Shown here: in pieces, positions 27,351-40,798 of the stretch
How the letters are laid out: each line of letters opens with the position of its first letter
Position numbering within the stretch: position 1 is the stretch's first letter
Notes under the pieces: model-generated
Databases searched by the model: none
What the model was told of the DNA's origin: nothing
Seen by the model: the letters and a program-made list of their open reading frames with translations, nothing else
Program-made: the position numbers and the translations under genes
NCBI GenBank assembly: GCA_951406725.2
Contig: OX597820.1
Coordinates: 103,478,001-103,542,000 of the forward strand
Direction of reading: 5' to 3'
Source: Octopus vulgaris
Taxonomy: Eukaryota
Length of the DNA: 64,000 bases

Positions 27351-27507
27351 ATTAATCAATAGCCAAGATAAAACTCTGAGTTTCGGATGTCGAGGTGGAA
27401 ATCCACAACACCATCTCTTCGGTTATCTGGCCATCCGAAAAGATGGTGTTGTGGATTTCCACCTCGGCATCCGAAACTCAGAGTTTTATCTTGGCTATTG
27501 AATAATT
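27350..27507. repeat. Near-perfect 158-bp palindrome containing a hammerhead motif
   Basis: Arms 27350-27422 and 27435-27507 with ~4 mismatches and a 12-nt loop. Confidence 0.95.
27361..27432 (-). ncRNA. Type-I hammerhead-like motif (U4C core)
   Basis: GGCCAGATAA-CCGAAGA-GATG..CATCC-GAA-ACTC(A)GAGT-T-TTATCTTGGCT; ~10-bp stem I with one bulge. Confidence 0.6.
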
Positions 27508-27556
27508 GTCACATTATTTTACAGATAAATTTCTTCTTGTTATCTTACCGTTTATA

Positions 27557-27632
<76 letters not shown>

Positions 27633-27911
27633 GAGAAAAAGAGAGTTGTGTGTGTGTGTGTGTTTTTTGCGTACGCATGTATATATGTCCATTTTCATCT
27701 TGTTCAACATCGCCAAGATCACCAAATTTCAACATAATCATCTCGAGCACCTTTCTGGAATTGATAAATAATTGTCCTTCCTTTGTAAGTCCTTCACGAT
27801 TCAAATCTCCTCTAAACAAGATGTGGGAAACAGAATATACATATTGGTCATATCACATTTGGATGACCCCCATCACAAACTAACAACAAACCCAATTCAA
27901 AGTGTATAAGC

Positions 27912-28240
27912 TAGTGGTTCTCCTCCATGCTTTGCAAATGGACTTCTTTGATTATTATTTTATGCTGATTATTATTTTAATCAACGTTTTAAAAACTAAT
28001 TTTAGAGATACTTCTTTCAAAATTTCGATTTTGTTTTTCATACGTTCACTTGCATACGTTAGCAAGAAACATGTTGAACCATATTAGCGAAAGAAACCTA
28101 GGTGTTTCTTACAATAAGTATATCCAAAGCAAAGATTTTTTCATGGACCCTTCAAATGATACTGGGGATCTCGAAATGATTATTTTGCATGTGTGGAACC
28201 CCGAAAGCCTTATATGGTCCACCAGAGGTCATATGGATCC
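27912..28240 (+). mobile_element. hAT/Charlie-like MITE, 3'-truncated
   Basis: Starts tagtggttctc; shares the ..ttatatgg.cc....gg.catatgga block with 35433-35757 and 60772-61022. Confidence 0.6.
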
Positions 28241-28249
28241 GCCTCGGCA

Positions 28250-28790
28250 ATGACACCCCAGTCTCACGCCATTTCCGCTCCACCGGTCACTCCTTGCAAC
28301 ACCTGCCTGTGTTCGGATTGTCCTTGCACAGAGGCCATCCGGACTCCCGCTTGCGCCGTGAACAGTGATTAATCTTCTCTCTTCGCTCTTTTACGCTATT
28401 GGGCTCAACTCTCCTTCCCTTTTCATCTAACCTCCTCCCCGACACCTACTTCTCTTCACTCCTACATCTTTTCACCTTCTTTCCCTCTTCTTCCCTCTTT
28501 TCCCTCTACTCTCTTTCCCTCTTCTCTCCTACTCTCTTTCTCCCTTTCTCTCTTCTCTCTTTCTCTCTGCTCCCTTACTCTCCTTCTCTCCTCTCTCCTC
28601 TCTCTCCCTTCTTCCTCCTTCTCCCCCCTCTCTCTCCCTCCCTCCTCCTTCTTCCCACCGACCCCTTCCTCCTTCTTCCCACCCAACTCTTCTCTCTTGC
28701 CCCAACTCCTACTTCTCTTCATTCCTACTCCTACATCTCTTCACTGCTACTTCTCTTCACCCCTACTCTCTTGATAGAGAATAAGTGATA
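28250..28790 (+). mobile_element. Penelope-like element 3' remnant (GIY-YIG C-terminus plus pyrimidine-rich tail)
   Basis: NDTPVSRHFRSTGHSLQHLPVFGL..RLRREQ*LIFSL..GLN matches the PLE GIY-YIG C-terminal pattern. Confidence 0.75.
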
Positions 28791-29227
28791 GAGAATAAGT
28801 AAGAAAGGGAGAGAGAGAGACATCCATACATACATAATGAATATATATATATGTATGTATGTACGTACGTACGTATGTATGTATGTATGTACGTATGTAC
28901 GTACGTATGTATGTATGTATGTATGTATGTATGTATGTATGTATGTATGTATGTATGTACGTACGTATGTATGTATGTATTTAAGGCATTATTACAACGC
29001 TGGTAAGGGAGCTAAGCCACCAATGATTACGACAATGATGGCAGTAGGTTAGTGTCATAATTTGACACAAACGTATAACTAAATCGCCATCCCACACCCC
29101 CTTCACCAACTGTTCTTTCACCCAGACCCACCCATTTCCTTCCGTTCCCACTCAGCATTTCAATCACTACCTCTCCCTCACTCTCTCCCCCTTTTCCCTT
29201 TCTCTCCCACTCTCTCTCTCTCCCTCC

Positions 29228-29281
<54 letters not shown>

Positions 29282-29433
29282 CTCTCTCCCTTCTCGACCA
29301 CCACCGTGCTTTCCGGACCAGTTGTGCGTGTGAAGGATGTTCAGGTGTATATGTGTGTAGAGTGGAGGGGGTGGTTTGTTGCGAATGATCGTGGCGCGTA
29401 GAGCGAACAGCGGAATGTGATGATGGTGACGAC

Positions 29434-29466
<33 letters not shown>

Positions 29467-29707
29467 AATGTGCTGAGGGTAGTGGGCGAGGTTGGAAGAA
29501 GGGAGTGGGAGTTGTGTTGTGTAGAGGATGAGGATAATGTAGGTGTGTCTTCATAATGTTTTTTGTGCGTTTGTAAATGTGTGTGTTTGTTTGTGTGTTC
29601 GTGTGTGTATGGGTTTACGTGTGTTTGTGCGGGTATGTATATTTGTGTGTCCGCTCGCGCGTATGTATATGGGGAAAAAGATAACAGTAGGTAAATAGAT
29701 AAATATA

Positions 29708-30086
<379 letters not shown>

Positions 30087-30409
30087 CGGGGTACGTTTGT
30101 GTTTGAACTGCTAGAAATTGCAGCCAAATTTCTTTCAGATCATAAACTAATGGTTTTTAAAACGTTGATATCTCAGGCTGCATTTGATAATTTGTATTAG
30201 ATACATGATACTCGAAAGGGAAAATATAAAACAGGATAGCCATTGCTGGAATTCTTTTGACCATTGGTCATCTTATTTAGGACCGACCGATATTTGGAAA
30301 AACACTATTTTGCAGAGTTCTCTCTGTTGCAATTATTCAAACCAGCACCCCTTCCATTGTTTGTTTTTATTTTACTTTTGTTTTTACCTTTTTTTTTCAT
30401 TTTATACTA

Positions 30410-30752
30410 TTTACTCTTTTACTTGGTTCAGTCATGTGGCCATGCTTGAGTACCGCCTTTAGTCGAGCAAACCAAGCCCAGGACTTTGGAAGCCTAGTAC
30501 ATATTCTATCAGTCTCTTTTGCCGAACCACTAAGTTACGAGGACGTAAAAACACCAGTATCGGCTGTCAAGCGATATATACATATATACGACGGGTTTCT
30601 TTCAGTTCCCGTCTACTAAATCCACTCACAAGGCTTTGGTCAGCCCGAGGTTATAGTAGAAGACACTTGCCTAAGGTGCCACGCATTGGGACTGAACCCG
30701 GAACCATGTGGTTGGTAAGCAAGCTACTTACCACACAGCCACTCCTACGCCT
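30410..30752 (-). mobile_element. Family-A SINE
   Basis: Reverse complement of the family-A consensus, with an internal deletion. Confidence 0.85.
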
Positions 30753-30779
30753 TTATTACATTTTTTAAAAACCAAGATA

Positions 30780-31005
30780 TTGGTTTCAAATCTTGGCACA
30801 AGGTCAGCAATTTCGGTGGTGGGGTGGGGTGCAGAGAGTAAGTCCATTTCAACGACACCAGTACTCGTCTGGTACTTATTTTATCGACTCTGAAAAGATG
30901 AAAAGCAAAGTGGATCCCGGGCAGAATTTGAACTCAGAACGTAAAGACGGACGAAATGCCGCTAAGCATCTTGCCAGGCGCGGTAACGATTCTGTCAGTT
31001 CGATA
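30780..31005 (-). mobile_element. Family-B SINE
   Basis: ggtacttattttatcgac..gaatttgaactcagaacgta..gctaagcat. Confidence 0.75.
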
Positions 31006-31724
31006 CCTTTTTACTTGGAGATATTTATGCCTTCAGACATTCGAATTGAGCATTTTGGCGATATCACACGAATACATGATATTTTCAGGAACGGAGTTTT
31101 AGGTTTGACGCAGTCAAAACTGCTTTCATGTATGTATGTGAATGTGATGATTAGACTCTTTAGAACGTTCCTGCACATCTCTCCTCTCTTGACTAACGTA
31201 TAAAGTGTTAAAGAATTGTTTGGGTTTTTAAATGTTAGCATATTTTCCCAACCACGTGGTTCCGGGTTCAGTCCTACTGCGTGACAAGTTGCTCAACCAT
31301 TTTTTACAATAGCCTCAGACTAAGTAAAGCCTTGTGAGTGGATCATACTAATGTGTAATGAATTCATATAACCCAGGTATCCTGCCTTCGGAATGATTGA
31401 GGTAACATGATGTAGAAAGCAGATCCTTAATTGAGGACATTAGTAGTGATGCCAAGACGTGACTGTATAATGTAATTCCATGATTAAAGAATTAGAGGAT
31501 TAACGAAGGTGAAGTCTTATAAGTCGACTGATAGACCCATGTATGAGTGCTTTACTTTAGCGAGTAAATAGTTCATCAGGTAAAAAGTTACGTTAATTCA
31601 ATACGCATCAGGATGATCCCTTTTGTGTAAGAAACTCTGCTTAACTATTTTATACTTTATTTGTACATTATAATGAAGTAAATGTATCTCGAATAACACC
31701 AAATGTTTTGCTTGTCCTTCTTCC

Positions 31725-31764
<40 letters not shown>

Positions 31765-31890
31765 GGACAAGAACGCAAAACATTCAGAAGACGATACAAA
31801 AAACACGGACGGGTCATTGGAAGCCTTCAATCTTCGGTCAAGAACCGGATCATCCTCGCAATTTCGGCTGAATTAATTTTGAGATTGCTC

Positions 31891-31946
<56 letters not shown>

Positions 31947-31959
31947 GTACATACATATA

Positions 31960-33241
31960 TTGGGTCATACCATAAATAATGCAGTTTTTTTTTATAATTC
32001 TTTATTTTTCAAAATTAAAATAGACAAAGTTCTATTTTGATATAAACTATACTTTCCTTCATTTTCTACAATGCTCTTCCATCCCCCTGGAATGCCAGGC
32101 CCCTCTTCCAAAATTCTCTTGTCCGTGACGAAAAATACTCCTACAGTACTGTTCTGACCTCGTCGACAGAGTTCATACTTTTTCCATCCAAGTGATCTTG
32201 AATTCCGCGGAATAAATGATAATCAGATGGTGCAATGTCCGGCGAATATGGTCGATGGGACATCGTTTCCCATTCAAACTGTTCCAGCCTTTGGGATGTC
32301 ATCCTCGTTGTATGTGGCCGGACATTATCCTGATGGATGAACACCTTTCGTCTTGAAGCCAAAGACGGTCGTTTTCCTTCTAGCACTGACTTATCCTCTC
32401 AAGCTGCTCGCAGTAGATCTCCTTTGTTGTCGTTTGATTTGGGTTTAAAGGTTCAGAATGGACTAAAACTTTCATATCCCACCAAACAGACAACAACACC
32501 TTACGTGGGTGAAGACTTTCTTTAGCCTGTGGTGCCGGTGTTTCTCCCTTCCTAACCCACTGTCTTCGGCCCATGACATTTTTATAGAGAGCCCATTTCT
32601 TGTCAATAGTCACTATTCGGTCCAAAAAAGGTTAATTTGTAAGGCATGACAGAAAAGAAGAGAACACATTCACTCTCTGCGCGCGATTAGACTCGAAAAG
32701 TTTGTGAGGAACCCATTGACCCAGTTTGCTGACTTTTCCGATGGTACGCAGGTGTCGATGAATGGTTGAATGACCAAATCCAAACTTCTCTGCTAGTTCC
32801 TCAGCAGTTACGATGAGATCTTGTTCCAATAGGGTTTGCAGGACGTCCTCATCGAGCTCTACAGATCTTTAAGAACGATGTTCGTCTTCTAGGCTGAAAT
32901 TTCCGGCTCGAAATTTCTGGAACTATTGACACTAGCTTACGCTTATTGTCCGATCCCCATATACTGCATTAATATTCGTCGCACTTTCCGTTGCGATGTT
33001 GCCTTTATTGAACTCATATAGAAAAATATGCCGAATATGCTCCTTTGTAAATTCTATTACAGTTTTAAAAAAATAACTGTTGAAATTGCACTGCACTCTT
33101 CAAAACTTACACTAAGAACAAGCACAAAGTAAAATCATTACCTGCTTTTATAGTATGTTGATGCAGGTAGTTTATCACATACCGCTCCGTCATTTAGTTC
33201 ACGCCATTGAAGAAAACTGCATTATTTATGGGATGATCCAA
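31960..33241 (-). mobile_element. Full-length decayed mariner transposon, 1282 bp
   Basis: ~30-bp TIRs ttgggtcataccataaataatgcagtttt / gaaaactgcattatttatgggatgatccaa; TA flanks; transposase fragments WVPHKL, IVTIDKKW, HQDNVRPH, YSPDIAPSDYHLF; frameshifted. Confidence 0.95.
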
Positions 33242-33306
33242 TATATATATATATATATGTATGTATATATATGTGTATGTGTGTCTGTGTAGTATAGATA
33301 CTATAT

Positions 33307-33373
<67 letters not shown>

Positions 33374-33508
33374 TATACATTTATGTATATATATGTGTGT
33401 GTGTTGTTATATTTCGGGATGGTAATTTTCTCTTGCCAAATAATCACACGCACTATCTATTCATTTTTCCCTCTTTTATCATTGTTCGTATTGTATTTTA
33501 TGCCCATT

Positions 33509-33551
33509 GTCCAGAAATCTTTCGTCACACATCTGTGACCTCTTCAGCGAC
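33509..33551 (-). ncRNA. Minimal hammerhead-like motif (canonical core, damaged cleavage site/stem I)
   Basis: gtcg-CTGAAGA-G-GTCAC(6 nt)GTGAC-GAA-AGATTTCT-ggac. Confidence 0.5.
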
Positions 33552-33659
33552 TCTACCATCCCACGTGTATCCTTCTGGTCTGTTCAGTTCAGAAAACTTG
33601 CAAAAGAAATTCATAAACGCGTGTGTGTATGTGTGTGCGTGTGTGTGTGTGTGTGTGTG

Positions 33660-33693
<34 letters not shown>

Positions 33694-33970
33694 ATGCATG
33701 GATATATGTGCGTATTTTTGTGTTTGTATTTGTCCTCCACAACCGTTTGACAACTGGTGAAGGCTTCATTGCGTCAAAGTAACTTAAAAGTTCGGCAAAA
33801 GAGCTCGTTAGTATAATTATTAGGCTTTAAAAAGTTTTTTAAAACATAAGTACTAGGGTCGATTTGTTCGACTAAATCCTCCAAGGCGTTGCTCCTGCAT
33901 GGCCGTAGTGGAAAGACTGAAACAAGGAAACGATTAAAAGTAAAAGATCTCTCTCCCCCTTCTCTCCCTA

Positions 33971-34041
<71 letters not shown>

Positions 34042-34170
34042 TCGTGTAATTGTATCCTCTTGTTATTGATTTCATTAAGGATTATGGAAGATCTTTTTTT
34101 ATATTTTACTTTTCTTTTTTTCTGTGTGTGTTTTTTTTTTCTTACGAAATATGGTCGACTTTCTCCTTAC

Positions 34171-34204
34171 CTCCTGATTTCCATCTTCTGCCTCTAAAAT
34201 TCAT
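34171..34204 (-). CDS. Candidate first coding exon MNFRGRRWKSG(G) of an unknown host gene
   Basis: aacaactATG with A at -3, 34 nt open, then GAG|GTAAGG donor; ~1 kb of trinucleotide-repeat-rich non-TE sequence upstream. No downstream exon was identified. Confidence 0.2.
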
Positions 34205-35432
34205 AGTTGTTACCGTTGCTGTTGTCATCACTCGCTTCGGCTTTCTCTAGCAATCCTACACTCTTCCTTCTCATTGTCATCGCCATCTTCATCATCGTCT
34301 TCATAATCATCATCATCATCGTCGTTGTCGTCGTCGTAATCAGCAATGTCGTTATAATCGTTGTCGTCATTATCATCTTCGTCATCATCTCCACCACTAC
34401 TTCTGCTACCACCACTACCACCACTACCACCACTACCACCAACACCATCATCATCATCATCATCGTCCATATTTCTTTCTCTGTCTCTCTTTCTCCTCAT
34501 CAATTCCTCTCCTTCTCTCCATCTCAATATCTGATTTTTACATTCACTTTTAATTCTTTCATTCGACTGTTGATGTTCTTATTGTTATTGCTAGCGTTAC
34601 TGTTGTTGTTATTGTTGTTGTTACTAATGTTAATATTGTAATTGCTGCTGTAGTTATTGTTGTCATAGTAGCTTGTTTGTTATTGTTACCCTTGCTTTCG
34701 TTGTCTCTTCGCTTTTGTTTATCCCTGTGGTAGCCTTATCTATATTACTGTTGTTCTTGCTCTTGTTGTTGCAGTCAACGTAGATGGGTGTTTTTATGTT
34801 CTTTTATTTATCTTATTACTTTTATTGTTACCCTTATTGTTGTTATGGTTGTTGTCGGTGGTGGTGATAGTTTTGGTGGTGCTGGTGGTGATGGTGGTGG
34901 TGGTGCTGGTTATTGTTCTTTTCTCGAAAACAGTCCTACCACCACCACCACCACCACCACCACACGCAGAATTAAGAAAAATGAATAAAACAAACATATA
35001 AGTTGTGGGGGTGGAGGGTATAAGAGAAGAAAAAACATTGGGATTCCTAGAGCAATTTTTATCATCATCATCATCACCCCCACCACTATCACCACTACCA
35101 CCACCTCCACCACCACCACCACTACCATGGTCATTTTCTTTCGTGTTGTTGCTATTATTTTTATTTTTATTATTATCATTTCATAAAAATCCAGCTAGAA
35201 TTCTATTGACACCCTGACATATGCCAAAAATCTTCTGTATCTTTGGCACCTTCTCGACACCTACTTTGACAACCAACTATTGTTTGATCGTGATTTTCTG
35301 AGAGCGCTGCTACGTAGGCAGCTCTTAGACCAGCTGGTTGAAGTTAGCAAACATTAAGATGGCAAGCATGTTATTGCGCACAACAGAACGTACAACACAG
35401 CCGAAGCAAGAACGTAGGTTGAAACTTTAAAG

Positions 35433-35757
35433 CAGGGATTTTCAACCATTTTTTACCTATCGACCCTTTGTTTACCATTTTATTCTAGTGGAACCCCATA
35501 GCCGTTCGATGCTTAAAAACTAGTTTTATAGAAACCTATTTAGTGTTTCACACATTAACTTGTGTAGGTTGAACTATGTTAGAGAAAGAAACCTACCTGT
35601 TTCTTGCAATACATACCAATGCATACATCTAAAACCAGTTTATTTCAGGAGTCTTTACAATATAATTGTGGATCCCTAATTTATTTTGATATGTGGACCT
35701 CCCAAAAATCTTATATGGACCTTCAAGGGCCACATGGAACCCGATAGAAAACCACTG
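35433..35757. mobile_element. hAT/Charlie-like MITE, 325 bp
   Basis: TIRs cagggattttc / gaaaaccactg; perfect 8-bp TSD ctttaaag (35425-35432, 35758-35765). Confidence 0.85.
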
Positions 35758-38049
35758 CTTTAAAGCTTCATTAAAACTAACATTACACTAGGAGTGGGTA
35801 TGTTGTTAGCTTTGGTTGGTGTCACGACATGATACCGTGTCTACCAATGTCTGCCTCTGTACTAATGAGTTGGTGCATGTCCATAACCTTGATTGGTATC
35901 ACTACTTGAAACATTGAATGGTTGAATGGATAAAGAATCTGAAAGATCAGCATTTAGGATCTTGGCAGTGGTACTGTATCGCCTCCATTAATGAGCGCAC
36001 AACATAATTTGTAACTCAAGCCAAAGGCAATCGCCATCCTAAGCAACAACAGCAACAGCAATAGTTTTAGAGAAAAATCGGCAAAATGGTTTGGCTAAGG
36101 TTGTGTTCTGAGATCAACTACTCACCTACTCACATAAGAATAACTCGGTGAGTAAAGGGCTCTGCCAAACTGATTCACTTAAAATATGCAACATGAAGAC
36201 ATCGTTTAACGGTTCCTCTATAACCAACATATTACACGTATGATGATGAAATTGATACTAATTCGTATGTTCGTACACACTACTAAATGATGGGATAGTC
36301 GCGCCTGAAATTCCGTCCGTCATAAGTTTTCTTGATTAGAATTAACCGGAAGTTAAGCAATAATTTATATTAAAACACAGAATAGACAGTGGGGTCAACA
36401 TGCGCTCACATTTAGAATACACAAGCATATATCTACCAAATACGCCAGTATACAGAGACTCTCTTTCTGATTGATAATATACATAAAAACAAGGATGCTA
36501 GAATCGGTAGAAGCGGTGGAGCATCGAGCAAAAATATACATTGTGGTCTTTGATTTTTTTTTCACTTTCAAAATGCTCACGTCCTTGGTCCACTCTGTAT
36601 TCAGTCTTTCTGAAATCTACAAACATTCAGTAACAGTCAATAAAAGAAACATAAGAATCTAGGTAATCGAATACACTTAGAAGGCAAGGCTCCAGAATCA
36701 GTACAACCCAAGAAGGCAAAGAACTAAACAAATGTTAGCAAAAAAAAAAGTTAGAAACGAAGATAGTCTGATAGAATCACGAGGAAAATATTAGATGGAA
36801 GATAGTTAGCAGTGGAGAAAAATGGATGGGAAAAATACAGCAGTAACAGCAAATCTTTCTCATGTTTCATTAAACTTAACCAAGAAGACAGATAAATAAA
36901 TATGACAAAATAGTATATGTATATATTCTGTTATTTGGTCGGTTGCGAGACTGTTATTACCAGATGGCTAGACCACACTGAAGTTCTAAACATTCACATT
37001 GATATTATTGAGAATATGTTACGTTTAAGAGTACTTACGCATAATACATACAAGTGTGTGTATATACATGTGAATATGTATGTGTGTATACGTAAGTATG
37101 TATATATATATATATTTATAAATATATATATATACATACAAACGCGTATGCATGTATATATATATGTATATATATATATGCATGTTTGTATGTATGCATG
37201 TATGTATATATATGTGTGTTTCTATGCTTGTAAGCACATATATATACCTACACAAACACAGACGTACACATATATCTTCTTATGTATGTATGTACGTATG
37301 TATGCGTTGGTACCTATGTTTGCATGCATGCTTGCATGTGTCTATATCCATACACTATGTGAATAGGTAAAAAGCAAAACCCGAAAGAGAGTAATATCCG
37401 TGACTGTAAATGGCTAACCAAGTCTCTCTTTAGTAACTATTATTCACTAAAAAGGGCCATTAAAATGTCACTTTTCCATACACGAGACAGTTATATTGTA
37501 GAGATAAAAATATATTGAAGTATACAGTAGCAAGTGTCATGCAGAATTTGTTATTTATACAGTGATGATGATTTTCGAGAATGGTTTCAAAGCCAGAAAT
37601 TTCATTTCCCACATCTTCGACAAGTTTTGTAATTTGGCACCACGTTCACTTTCAGACATTAAGCAATTCTTTACAGCTACGATGTACCGTTCCCATCATC
37701 AATTTTCTTCAGCCGTTTTCTTATAATAGATATAAGCGCATTGCATAATCTATTAAAATTATGAAGAAGTAATATGCAAGTATGACTCTCTGAAGGATAC
37801 ATGCAAAGAATAATTCCTAAATTCATCAGTGTTTTTTTTTCTCTCTTTCAATCAGGAATGAAGGCAGATCCTATTAAACTATACACAATATAGGGGCCAA
37901 TATACTCTTGCTCAAACGTTTAGAATAATTAAGCATACAGGGTACAAATCATTAAATGAATAATAATCATCTCTACTATAGGCACGAGGTCTGAAATTTG
38001 GAGGAAGAGATACAGTCGATTACATCGACCTCGCTATTTGACTGGTATA

Positions 38050-38282
38050 AGGCAGCGAACTGGCAGAAACGTTAGCACGCCGGGCGAAATGCGTAGCCGT
38101 ATTTCGTCTGCCGTTACGTTCTGAGTTCAAATTCCGCCGAGGTCGACTTTGCCTTTCATCCATTCGGGGTCGATAAATAAAGTACCAGTTACGCACTGGG
38201 GTCGATGTAATCGACTTCATCCGTTTGTCTGTCCTTGTTTGTCCCCTCTACGTTTAGCACCTTGTGGGTAGTAAAGAAATAT
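38050..38282 (+). mobile_element. Full-length family-B tRNA-derived SINE nested in an older family-B copy
   Basis: Head ggcagcgaactggcagaaacgttag, B box gagttcaaattcc, central gcctttcatcc..ggggtcgataa..agtacc (Meta-domain-like); flanked by tatttgactg duplication. Confidence 0.9.
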
Positions 38283-38479
38283 ATTTGACTGATATCTATT
38301 TCATCAACCTCGAAAGATAATATCGATAAAAATTAGGATACCAGAATCGGTAGAGAGTTGGATAAAATACATCGTGGTCTTTGCTTCTTTTACTATTCTA
38401 AGTTCAAAATTCCTTCAATCTTTGTAAGAGGAAATGCACGTTGAAATTAGATGAACAAGGGAGGTATGAATTGAATTTT

Positions 38480-39097
38480 TAAGGAAGGAAGATACCCTCA
38501 AACTTGAGATCTGGCCCGAATGCTTGTAATAGAGTGAGTGAACATTCACGCTAAATGCACCCAAGGTACCAGGAAGTGGTGTCAAATCGAACGAGAAATT
38601 AAATTCCAAGGAGGCCACCACAAGTTCTAGTTCTTGCTGCAGTGTAGTGGCTTATATACGTCATTGATCCTGAGAGTTATACAAGCGGAATGCAAACACC
38701 TGATAGAACAGATCAAACTACAGAAGCCGGGTTTATACGGACCACCTCTTTCCAGAAGAAATAGGTGGTTCATATAAATCTATTACCTGGAAGTAAGCAA
38801 TGTCACAGAAAAATGGTGATCAAATCAAACTACAGAGACCAGATTAATACGGAAAGAGGTGGTTCATATAAGTCTGTCACCTGGAAATAAGCAGTATCAC
38901 AGAAACATCGATGACAAGTAAAAACCAGCAAGCTTTGAGAGCGGCTCTTTTATCAGCTGATAACCTATAAGTCCAAAAGAGGGCTGGAAAAGCAGGGACC
39001 TAAATACAGAGAAGCGGACGAGACAGCCCATAATCGAGAACAACGAAGAAAAGTCGTCGGTGGCCCGTGTTCTTTCGGAAGGGAAAAGCTTAAATAA
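38480..39097 (+). mobile_element. Decayed RTE-clade LINE 3' end with internal ~100-bp tandem duplication
   Basis: C-terminal ..TAHNREQRRKVVGGPCSFGREKLK* resembles RTE termini; 38710-38820 and 38821-38915 are duplicated. Confidence 0.5.
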
Positions 39098-39519
39098 AGA
39101 AATAGTAAGTATGGCTTTGGTGGGTTTTCCGTTCAGAAGTCAATCCTACGCCCTGGATTAGAACTTTTTCATTATCGACCCTGAAAGAATGAAAAACAAA
39201 ATTTGACCACGGTGGGATCTGAGCTCAAAGCACAGACAGAATAAATTCTTCGAAGCATTCTATCCGACACGCTAACGACTCTTCCAATTCACTCCAGAAG
39301 CATATATATAGTGATATTAGCTGACCAATACATAAGATCATTAATGAATGGACTTGCAGTTATTAGACAACTAGGGTATTGTTGATTGTTGGCTTATTTA
39401 CAATACAGATAAAAATTACAGGAAAAAAAGATAAATTTTGTTGACTTTATAATTTCAGAGCATAATCCTTTGAAAGTTCGAAAGACAATTTGCAAGTTTT
39501 GAAACTACATCTATATACA

Positions 39520-39569
<50 letters not shown>

Positions 39570-39687
39570 TATATATATATATATACACATATATATATAT
39601 ATATATACATATGTATGTTACGGGAATGTAAACACACCAACATAGGTTGTCAAGCGGTGATGGTGGTGAGGTCAATACAGACACAAA

Positions 39688-39726
<39 letters not shown>

Positions 39727-40046
39727 ACACACACACACATACACACACAGCTTGCAGCGCGTCTTGTTCGGTATGCGACACTGATAAGTCAAAACAAGGA
39801 CGAGACATCAATGTCTGTCGCTCCGAGAGGGGGACCACTGATGTGATTTGTCTCGCTTGATTGCAACTTACTTTCAGATGTGTTTTACACCTGACGCACA
39901 AGAGAGTATATTCACTTACGCCTAAAAACCGCAGCCGACCCATGGACTAATAACACACATACCTTGTGTGTGCGATTTTTGTTATATACCTCTAGCTGCT
40001 TCAAATACATATTAGAATTGTTTCCGTGGCTTGAAACGTCGGGAAA

Positions 40047-40260
40047 TGCCGAGCTGGCAGAAACGTTAGCACGCCGGGCGAAATGCGTAGCCGTATTTCT
40101 GAGTTCAAATTCCGCCGAGGTCGACTTTGCCTTTCATCCATTCGGGGTCGATAAATTAAGTACCAATTATGCACTGGGGTCGAAGTAATCGACTTAATCC
40201 GTTTGTCTGTCCTTGTTTGTCCCCTCTGTGTTTAGCACCTTGTGGGTAGTAAAGAAATAG
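40047..40260 (+). mobile_element. Family-B SINE
   Basis: Near-identical to 38050-38282 with a short deletion. Confidence 0.9.
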
Positions 40261-40564
40261 GTGTTTAAACTATTTAACATATAGTCACAGTCAGTGATAT
40301 GGCCTGCAGTGCGCCTTGTACGGTATGCAACATTGATAAGCTAAAACAATGACGTAACGTCGATGTCTGTCACTCCGAGAAGGACCCTGATATGAGTTGT
40401 CTCGTTTGACTGTGACTTACCTTCAGGTGTTTTTTTAGACCAGGCGAATAGAGGATGCATTCTCTTACGCCTAAAAACCGCAGCCGACCCTCGAGCTAAC
40501 AACACACACACACACCTTGTGTTCGGTTCTTTATTGCGTCTAGTCACCTTAATTATATATATAT

Positions 40565-40762
40565 ATTCTTTTATTCGTTTATTTGTTTCAGTCATTTGGC
40601 TGCGGCAATGCTGGAGCACCGCCTTTCGTCGAACAAATCGATCCCAGGACTTATTTTTGTAAACCAAATACTTATTCTATCTATCCTTTTGTCGCACCGC
40701 TTAGTTACGGGGACGTAAACACACCAACATCGGTTGACAAACACAGACACACACGCATGCAT

Positions 40763-40798
<36 letters not shown>

